Part shown: piece by piece, positions 58,101 to 64,000 of the stretch | Layout: each line of letters opens with the position of its first letter | Numbering within the stretch: position 1 is the first letter of the stretch | DNA from: a virus | Taxonomy: Duplodnaviria > Caudoviricetes | Virus record (IMG/VR): IMGVR_UViG_3300035686_000003 | Span: 1 to 64,000 of that record | Strand: one strand, 5' to 3' | DNA: 64,000 bases | Program-made: the position numbers and the translations under genes | Notes under the pieces: model-generated | What the model saw: the letters and a program-made list of their open reading frames with translations, nothing else | The model's database searches: none | Told to the model about the DNA's origin: nothing

Positions 58101-61100
58101 CAATGCAATCAGCAGCGGCTACAGGTATTAGAGAAGGTCAGGGTATCCTTAATTCGGGAATTAATAAGACTTCAAGCTTAGCTGAGACATTTAGACAGCC
58201 TGGTGTAAAAGTCATTCAAGCATATGGAGAAGATCGAAAGGCGCAAGTGAGAGCTTCGTCAGCTCAAGCCATTGCAAGTGTAGCGAATGCGACAGAGGCA
58301 GTTTCTAACAGTATCAGTGAAGCGGCAAGAGTCTTAGCTGAAAAAGCTCAAAACACAAACAACGATGCATTAAAACTTCTTTACAACGAACTTTCCCTAA
58401 ATACTCCGGTGCTTGAAGCGATCGCACAGCGTACTGGACAAAAGGTAGAGACAATCATTCAGAACATTGCATCTGAAGCAGAAAACTCTATTAACGAAAA
58501 AACCCAACAACTTTCAAGTGGTTACCAAGGAGGGATCGATGCAGTTCAAGAAGGAGGTGAGCAAGCTAAAGGGTTTGTAAATGTTGTTGCAGGATTAAGT
58601 CAACGAGCAACTACAGATCCCATAGGAGCTTTCAATGAAGCTAAAGCGTTGTTAGCGGGAAAAATTCTAGATGATCTTAAAGCTAGATTCCCTATTTTTG
58701 GTGAGATTCAACGACGCTTTGGGATGATAACAGGGGCTGCAAGTGCTTTGGTAGGAGCTTTTGTGGGGTTTGCTGTTTTGAAAGGTGTGATGCTGTTCTT
58801 TGAGAAGATAGGGTTTGCGGCTATTGAAGTAGCAACTCGCTTTGAAAACTTAGAGCGCATCATTCGATTTACAAGTGGCAGTGCAACAGAAGCAGCACAA
58901 AATATTTCCTTTGTTCAAGGACTGTCAGACAAGTTTGCCTTGAATCCCGAAAAGGCAATGAGTGGATTTGCTCAGATGTCAGCGGCTGCACTCGAAACGC
59001 CTTTGCAAGGTGAAGGTGTTAAGAAGATTCAAAGCAGTATTTCTCAGGCATCAGCAGTCTATGGTTTAGCTCCAGAATCTCAAGAGCGAGTTTTTGTTGC
59101 ATTGAACCAGATGATTTCAAAGGGCACCGTAAGTTCAGAAGAACTTCGTCAACAACTCGGTGAATCGTTGCCTGGTGCCTTAAATATTGCAGCTCGAAGC
59201 ATGGGGGTTACAACCTCTGAATTCAACAAAATGTTAGAGCAAGGACAAGTTCTTTCAGAAGATTTCTTGCCTAAATTTGCAGCACAACTAGCGGCTGAAA
59301 CAGAAGGAGGCGTTGCTGGAGCAGCTACTAGCGCCCAAGCAAAAATTAATCGATTTAATAACGCAATCCTTACATCTCAAAACATTCTTGGTAAAGGTTT
59401 GATGCCTGTTAAGAATTTTGGCTTAGATGTTCTTACAGGTTTGTTGACAGGATTAACAAAAATCTTGCCAGTTGTTGCTCATCTCATGGGAAGCCTACTG
59501 TTCGCTTCTGTTTTGCAGCTGGGTAAATCATTCTATATGCTAGCAGCAAATCCGATGGTGAGAGGCGCAGTCTGGGGAGGACTCAAAGGGGCTATTGGTG
59601 GTCTGATAACTATCATTAAATCGCTTTCTGGTTACATTTCACAATTCGCAAAAGCTTTCCTCGTATTTACAGCAATTACCGAAGGCTACAAGATGTTCAA
59701 AGCTGCCACAGCAGACGGTGGTGGCGAAAGTAGAACTTATGCTGACAAACTGACAGAAGGGCTTGGCAAGTATCGTAAAGCTTTGGCTGATGCTCGTGGT
59801 GAGACTGAGGCACTTAAGAAATCTACAAGACCAGAGACGCTTCTAGATGCTACTTTCCTAGGCAACTTGATGCCGAAAGAAATAGAGGAAAATGATTCCC
59901 TAGCAAAGAAAGCTGGGTATTATGCAGGCAAGTTTACCTCAACTGGTTTACTCAACGAAGACCAGATTGAAGGGATGAGCAAAAATGCATTAGGTCGCAC
60001 TGCTCTCCAATGGGGACTCGGAGGTATTACAGGTGCCCAAAAGGGATTCGGTTTAGCAACCTTTGAAGAGAAGAAGTTTGCTGACCAACAAGTAGCAACA
60101 GGCGACATCAGAAGTGCAGCCAACGAAACTACTTCACAGATAATTTCTGCTATACCAGGCAAAGAACTAGCAGCATTGAAGGAGTATGACCGTAAGCTTC
60201 GAGACATCCAGATCAAGCGTCGTGGTATCAGTGAGACACAACCCCAGAACAAAGAGGCATTGAGGAAGCTCAAGGAGGAAGAAGCACAAATCCTCAAGAA
60301 CAGGGATGCTGCACAGAAACCTATCAGTGCATTACAAGCTCAAGCCCAAAGCTCGGTAGATGCATTAAAGGCTGAGGTGGAAAAGTATGAGAAGCTCGCC
60401 CTTGAACCCGGAAAGAATCAAGCCTACTACAAAGAAACACTCGCAGGACTCAAAGGTGACCTTGAAGCTGCATACAAGTTCCAAGATAAGCTAAATCAAT
60501 CAGTTGGTGAAGCTGTCAATGCATTTATCCTGTTACAACGACAGTTACAAAATGTAGCCGACCGTTTAGCTGATGCGAATGATCGTATTCAGATGATTGC
60601 TAACAGTGCAAAAGCTGACTTATTCGGAAGGACTGATTTAACTCCAGGTCAAAGGGAAGCGGGACAACAAGAGATTGAACAAGCTGCATTGGGTGAGCAG
60701 ATTAAGCAACGTCAAAGTGCAATTCAGCAATATCAGGTTCTCCTGGAAGATGCTGATAGCCAAAAGATCCTTGAAGCTCGTGGAATAACCAATGTTGATG
60801 CGATAGGTCAAGCTGAGTTAGGAACACTTGCAGGTAAAGCAAAGGATGGCACCCAGGAGAAAGAAGTTCTCACAAGGTTACAGGACGTTAAGCGACTCAA
60901 GCTCGAAACCCAAGATCTGACAGCTCAACTAGCTCAATCTCAAGCGGCAACTCGCGACAGAATCTATGATGCTAACAAACAAATTATTGATTACTTCAGA
61001 GAAGTATCCAGACAGTCTGCTGAGCTAGCTTTGTCAACGAAGGAAGCTGGGGCACAAATCGCAATGCAAGAGCAGAAGAATAAGCTCAAGTCAGCACTGC

Positions 61101-64000
61101 AAGGCTTCCAAGACAATTTCTTCAGCTCGTTCGTAGATTCTCTTATTGAAGGCGTAGATTCTCTCAATGAGCCAATAGCAGCAGCCATCGAAAGAGAAAG
61201 AGAAGTCCAGTCAGCCAAATTTGCTAAAGATGACCGTGATCGTCAAGCCTATGAGTTACAAAGGTCACTACCGTTAGCTGGTGCCGAAGTAAAGCTAGAC
61301 TTTGGTGCATTAGATTCAGCTCCCGTCAAAGAACTAGAGAAGACCCTCCAAAAGTCAGCAGAAGCTAGCAAACAAGTTACAGCAGCATCAAAAGAAACTG
61401 GTGCGGCGATCGCTGACTCGTCAAAGCAAGCTGGGAACCTGAATACTAATGTAACCAAAGTTGCCGAAGACACGAAAGAGACTAAAGCAGCAACTGACAA
61501 CGTAACGACTGCACTAAAGGAGAACGTTGAAGCTGCTCAAAAAGTTGGTGGACAGGTTTACCTCAACACTCAGGAAGTCGATGCAAACACTTTGGCTATC
61601 GGTGGCACCAATGACGCCCTTGGGAACCAGAGTGATGCTCTTGCTGGCTTAGGTGGGCAGTTGCTTGAGCAAGGGGGTTTGATTGATGGGATTAATAGCA
61701 TCTGGAACACTGTTAGTGGAACCATTGCTGGAGCAGCTGCTAGGACTTGGGATTGGTTTAAGGGATTGGTTGCAAACACTCCCATCCTAAGTGGAATCAT
61801 GGAAACTCTTGACGGTTGGGCTAAAAGCATTCAGAATGCAATTGCTAAAGCTTGGGAATTCTTCAAAGGATTAGCTGATAACGTTCCATTCTTGCGTTCC
61901 ATTGCTGATGCAGTAGGAGCCATTGGTTCAGGTATTGGTGGGGCTGTTCAAAATGGAATGCAAGCGATTGGTATTGGCAGGGAACAAATAAATACTGGGA
62001 AGGGTGTAGGTGTCGTTGGAAAATATACCATCGTGGAGAGTGTTGGTGGTGCTATCCAAAACGTCAATACCTTTAGAGATTTAGAAAAACATCATCCCTC
62101 TAGAGGTCGAGAAGCAGGTAGAAGCTACGGTCATGTTGATGGAGAATTTGAAGAAATTAGAAATACTAGAGATGGACGCACTCTAGTTAAAAAAGATTTC
62201 GTTCTGTCAAAAAATGGAAATCAAAATGTAGATATCCCAGCGATGGCTTCTGGTTTCGTCAAAGTGCTAGGTGATGCCACCAACACTGTCCAGATCTATG
62301 CCGATAAAGAAATGACAAAACTTCTTGGGCAGTCATTGCACCAAAGAAGTGTAGCAGTAAAAACAGGACAATTTGTTAACTACGGGCAATCGCTGGGTAT
62401 TCAAGGAGATAGGGGTTCGCCAGGTGCAATTCATGCACACATTGAACTAGAGAAAAGTAGATTTGAACAATACATCAAAGATCTCAAAGATGGAACCTTC
62501 GAGGGTGTAAATGGTGGTGTTAGCACAGCATTAGATGGTGCTGGCGGATCAGTAGTGAAGCTTGGACAAACAATGGTTCAAGAATTAGCTCACTACCCTG
62601 GAGATGGACACAATCATGGTGGCTTTGACGGCAAACAATCTCAGGCTGAACGCTCAAATCTTCAAGGTGCTGGAAACATCCTTCGTGGTGGGAATTTCAA
62701 TCCCTTTGCTGGTGGATCTAATTCATTTGCAGCAAGAGTAGTCGGTCATAGCGAAGGCAACCGAACGGCAACTGGCGGTTTCAACCGTGGCTACAGGGGT
62801 CATGGTGACCCTGGCAATGGTCAAAGAAATGTCGGTTCGTTCAGTGTGCAAACGGGAACTCATGGAAATATGAGTGCTGAACAAGCCGATGTGTATTGGC
62901 AAAAGAAACTGGCGGCAGTGTTGCCACAATTCCAAACAGCAGCAAGAGGTGCTGGATTAGACCCAAACAATCCTAAGCTTCTGGCAAACTTCCTTGACCT
63001 CCACACTCAGTCGCCAGCTGCTGCTACTGATAAAGGGCATCGTAATTTCCTAAGTCAGCTACCTGCGATCGCTAAAGCGGGTATGAGCGATGAGTCGATA
63101 TTACAAGCTCGGATGTCAGGCTACTATCGCAACAATGGTCGTGCTAACTTCCCTGGCTTTGGCAATGACCCCAACCGTCTGCGTCGTGACCAGATGCGGC
63201 GTATGGCGGCACTGCAAGCGGCTCTACCAGGTGCAATACAAGCTACAGGGGCACCAGCAGGTTCTAGTGGAGTAGTTGCTTCAGGAGCGGCTCCAGCGGC
63301 ACAACAGAACTTACCTGTGTTAGCTCCAGTACCTTTTGCTTCCATGAGTAGCACAAGTGTCGATACGGCACCACTGTCTGCTGCTCAAGCGGAAAGTGAA
63401 AGAATTCGTCGTGAACAAGAACGTCAAGCCATTGCCAAGGAACGTGCAAGAAACGAGGAAGCTCGTGTTCAAGGTGAGCAAAGGCAGCGTCAGCGACTAG
63501 AGCAACTACGGCAAAGCATCCGTGATACGGAAGGCGATCGCATCCAAACGAATCGTCAATTCACGAACCTGGGACTAGACGCACAAATCCAAACACCAGA
63601 CGTTGAGTCAAGTAGAAAGATACTTGGTGTCAACGAGACTTATGATGACTTAGAGCGTGACATTGCTGAGAAGGTTCGCAAGGCAACAGCTGGTCGTGAC
63701 CAAGCTAGGGCGACTTTACAAAAATTAAGTTCTCCCGACTACGTTCCTCAACCAGGACAAGATGTTGGACGTGACATCGAAGCAACACGTACAGCTATTA
63801 CCCAGGCTGAGAAGTATTTGGGTGACCTTACGAGAATTCAAGGTGAACTGAAAGGTCAGCGTCAGGAAAGAATTCGCTTTGAGGAGGAACAGGCTGCTCG
63901 TGAGAAGAAACTTCGTGAACAGCAAGAACGATTTGCCACTGAAGAAATCAGTATCTCAGTTCTAGAAGCTGAAGCTCAACGACTCAAAGATTTGCGAGGG
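52133..64000 (+). CDS. Giant multi-domain tape measure protein (at least 3,956 aa, runs off window end; absent from ORF track)
   Basis: MALGSGGNLGTLSLHIEADT start; frame spot-checked at six points; tape measure motif QMISKGTVSSEELRQQLGESLPGA at 59108; GHSAG, GYSAG, HEIQH, M23-like HAH and lysozyme-like motifs. Confidence 0.85.
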   Translation, partial: MALGSGGNLGTLSLHIEADTRDFDTKILQVEKRAAEAGRRMSKSLGGELFKGLDSPLSVNVDHTSLKELNAHLDLKRKHLHQVIEDFKRNPIVAKYKVEGKEALENSSETLKALSNKQVGVSVLGTGKALGEMEAIASKDLSQTARIDIEIHGEKDLDRILRKMQRLQDRSIRVNVTSANYEDISAPIISAGIKKTGLVPDNSPQERALLKAIEKVGGKEQNAPLSAGGQEMKTAVSQALRENQQSFGSQAAATVVSTLVERTVGLALEEGFSRVMLIISNVIKDKLRFLDYIGLKGLRQELEKTVTKNYRQVAYTEQGRIGGFRGLARDVRKVATLPAKMLAAPASQVIGGFYGGIGQAYASAFARGSMNKFQERTGKSVEEVGEKASGGLAGRFTGTNIAEGLVSRAGTIKGAQDFIEPRLRTAALGRAVQTVDPTGQIEKVLQPILKRYGVRLNTEPLRNADPEPITNSIKKISQALKQNDIQRDVANFTRSILTLGKVIKTTQQNVNQATTPEERSSRRGQADAARAEQIVEILGNLETTARNATEPIISNYKKEVAAAAKALGVELSNIKIDPDKQLGQDIKNVAIVSGGFAGMQGEAGQRQAPMYEQILGDGTKVVPFNNEDFDTSVKAQDDKPAWVRDIAGLFARNISKGYNPASIKMAQQAAEYKLTNPAVDLQLIGHSAGGIIVKEAQAMLKEIGIEAKAIALGSPNIRDAAFNGTDSNFLSFMAEKDMLNPLSGETTPRIPGIENHSIDEYLSNQAVQAVLKTVSKVGITPRLIEILNKTGTEFSDLTTLTQALEDHLREFTGSLDNATQEVANQNIAPLQTPETDPKQAALKARVLLLARKSQQIIPNFNPANYGNAASAASTNRQQALQALESVKGFDFNQQLSTQTSNELRKAIRNLQSFLKRAGQEDNNNSITELEQLPLDELSTLIETNVAAVNSIAANYQSSAQQIDDLKARLGSLTVKDLREIGGKANIPNLSQLNKDPLINKLTEPQNAFNVAKFASEKELLKSIRNAEKKATQALQTAQKLSGDEKLKLLAEIRQSIEAQIRNIDANSERVTDSGYRQRLGATKGRLGQSYRRTFDVSSVEIDTTRQSLQNAIDQGGATPGLSAAYTTPPKNFQRLVANAAQAAGVELNEKNQPELVEDDIKLLALGSKAFYDFTKNQVIVSRRTAQALKSSVTDLHKYEEELGEAIHEIQHAADLGFSKLDPTNFGSQIIEKSANIPTIEDSQLTKKLLKQVEGSVSNYKMLRPNASPAELAAVRKLEMHASYQQKNAPQYINQLKDKYGQTKTSRTELEGIKKNPFENISKQFENFVNTIKKVLRSLFAAFENTSRGLAIADSFATLSNVFENFNKQMLRYGEELQEVFNNISLAFDFVIGMFMEKNAHVDKLVQKAERFYVNFQRTKKGVADPSEGLPSGVKVTENNLVSKNRSYSFQSKSGKEVGVYFSHKKNMSDVHFDIDKSMSTKVNDMSQKEKDAIALKVLKIMKHDAKSRKEGYRYKTSAYTGDDYGAVRSEAYEQIAGFSRPVAGKVGGYQFAVVQGGKLTPDNKKLEQQEYIHDHSPDDVSQNLAQFKELLAIQRQAAKAAAANNRANKGLSVANGRGLDEAYENFEKFVNKVNDKAEELIKATFTPELKQRRVIESAEAIKSSAPTGKAAMPAADKEFSTYLSAGFSGMQGFNPQVYEKMAGVLGEKHNFVPITNEEYDTDATVFDDLPVFLKSALERITAGGMKGINPAAAKMAQRAYEDYQLDPSKKIRFAGYSAGAHVASDALEIFKQLAPNADARAVGIGGAPFDQRRSTLRPEQYVNMLRKDDLLLRAFAGAFKMNGANQRIIEPSVNKGAIKALDAHFIEGYADDQNTARELKYLIEASESEIQAFLSSVADSSSVLSVFADNAGAYKGTAEEIIKQLDNLASALEQKTAQIQPRMQQRGQASLNSVMQSGMGAFNNTLSNAQGLRQTPAQMQRLMAEARKRAMQSAAATGIREGQGILNSGINKTSSLAETFRQPGVKVIQAYGEDRKAQVRASSAQAIASVANATEAVSNSISEAARVLAEKAQNTNNDALKLLYNELSLNTPVLEAIAQRTGQKVETIIQNIASEAENSINEKTQQLSSGYQGGIDAVQEGGEQAKGFVNVVAGLSQRATTDPIGAFNEAKALLAGKILDDLKARFPIFGEIQRRFGMITGAASALVGAFVGFAVLKGVMLFFEKIGFAAIEVATRFENLERIIRFTSGSATEAAQNISFVQGLSDKFALNPEKAMSGFAQMSAAALETPLQGEGVKKIQSSISQASAVYGLAPESQERVFVALNQMISKGTVSSEELRQQLGESLPGALNIAARSMGVTTSEFNKMLEQGQVLSEDFLPKFAAQLAAETEGGVAGAATSAQAKINRFNNAILTSQNILGKGLMPVKNFGLDVLTGLLTGLTKILPVVAHLMGSLLFASVLQLGKSFYMLAANPMVRGAVWGGLKGAIGGLITIIKSLSGYISQFAKAFLVFTAITEGYKMFKAATADGGGESRTYADKLTEGLGKYRKALADARGETEALKKSTRPETLLDATFLGNLMPKEIEENDSLAKKAGYYAGKFTSTGLLNEDQIEGMSKNALGRTALQWGLGGITGAQKGFGLATFEEKKFADQQVATGDIRSAANETTSQIISAIPGKELAALKEYDRKLRDIQIKRRGISETQPQNKEALRKLKEEEAQILKNRDAAQKPISALQAQAQSSVDALKAEVEKYEKLALEPGKNQAYYKETLAGLKGDLEAAYKFQDKLNQSVGEAVNAFILLQRQLQNVADRLADANDRIQMIANSAKADLFGRTDLTPGQREAGQQEIEQAALGEQIKQRQSAIQQYQVLLEDADSQKILEARGITNVDAIGQAELGTLAGKAKDGTQEKEVLTRLQDVKRLKLETQDLTAQLAQSQAATRDRIYDANKQIIDYFREVSRQSAELALSTKEAGAQIAMQEQKNKLKSALQGFQDNFFSSFVDSLIEGVDSLNEPIAAAIEREREVQSAKFAKDDRDRQAYELQRSLPLAGAEVKLDFGALDSAPVKELEKTLQKSAEASKQVTAASKETGAAIADSSKQAGNLNTNVTKVAEDTKETKAATDNVTTALKENVEAAQKVGGQVYLNTQEVDANTLAIGGTNDALGNQSDALAGLGGQLLEQGGLIDGINSIWNTVSGTIAGAAARTWDWFKGLVANTPILSGIMETLDGWAKSIQNAIAKAWEFFKGLADNVPFLRSIADAVGAIGSGIGGAVQNGMQAIGIGREQINTGKGVGVVGKYTIVESVGGAIQNVNTFRDLEKHHPSRGREAGRSYGHVDGEFEEIRNTRDGRTLVKKDFVLSKNGNQNVDIPAMASGFVKVLGDATNTVQIYADKEMTKLLGQSLHQRSVAVKTGQFVNYGQSLGIQGDRGSPGAIHAHIELEKSRFEQYIKDLKDGTFEGVNGGVSTALDGAGGSVVKLGQTMVQELAHYPGDGHNHGGFDGKQSQAERSNLQGAGNILRGGNFNPFAGGSNSFAARVVGHSEGNRTATGGFNRGYRGHGDPGNGQRNVGSFSVQTGTHGNMSAEQADVYWQKKLAAVLPQFQTAARGAGLDPNNPKLLANFLDLHTQSPAAATDKGHRNFLSQLPAIAKAGMSDESILQARMSGYYRNNGRANFPGFGNDPNRLRRDQMRRMAALQAALPGAIQATGAPAGSSGVVASGAAPAAQQNLPVLAPVPFASMSSTSVDTAPLSAAQAESERIRREQERQAIAKERARNEEARVQGEQRQRQRLEQLRQSIRDTEGDRIQTNRQFTNLGLDAQIQTPDVESSRKILGVNETYDDLERDIAEKVRKATAGRDQARATLQKLSSPDYVPQPGQDVGRDIEATRTAITQAEKYLGDLTRIQGELKGQRQERIRFEEEQAAREKKLREQQERFATEEISISVLEAEAQRLKDLRG

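Larger units (their letters stand above)
1..64000. mobile_element. Cyanobacterial tailed phage/prophage (partial)
   Basis: Head and tail modules, early-gene array, HIP1 enrichment; no host housekeeping genes. Confidence 0.9.

Noticed and set aside
53975-63925. Small ORFs listed across 54-64 kb
   Set aside because: Shadows or off-frame fragments of the single giant tape measure ORF
1-64000. tRNA/rRNA genes
   Set aside because: No cloverleaf or rRNA-like sequence recognised by eye; tRNAscan not run

Overview
The whole window is part of a large tailed phage (siphovirus-like, probably temperate or a phage-plasmid) of a cyanobacterium: about 30 HIP1 GCGATCGC octamers and cyanobacterial-type heptamer repeats are present. 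Layout: (1) 1-2.4 kb: a replication-initiator-like gene with in-gene 21-bp repeats, plus small ORFs. (2) 3.1-11.9 kb: a coupled operon of putative virion-surface proteins (PKD/Ig, LamG-like, beta-helix, PhoD-type phosphatase) in which a GT60-type GlcNAc transferase sits between two proteins with mucin-like poly-Thr tracts. (3) A lone terminase-small-subunit-like gene. (4) 12.7-35.7 kb: about 55 small leftward ORFs, 20 or more preceded by the motif GGGTGYATCTACC. This block also holds a four-helix-bundle gene bracketed by inverted 7-mer arms and gene-less copies of the same element. (5) 36-42 kb: regulators, HNH, a second initiator-like gene and a dNMP kinase. (6) 41.9-48.8 kb: leftward head module (DUF1073-type portal with a pyrophosphatase-like tail, DUF2213 protease, scaffold, decoration protein, DUF2184 capsid). 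(7) 48.9-64 kb: rightward tail module with a -1 frameshift chaperone and a tape measure ORF of at least 3,956 codons, missing from the ORF track, carrying several enzyme-like domains. Best candidates for undescribed systems: phage mucin-type O-glycosylation, the start-associated motif array, the heptamer-arm/four-helix-bundle element, and the multi-enzyme tape measure. All family assignments come from motif recognition by eye, not database searches.
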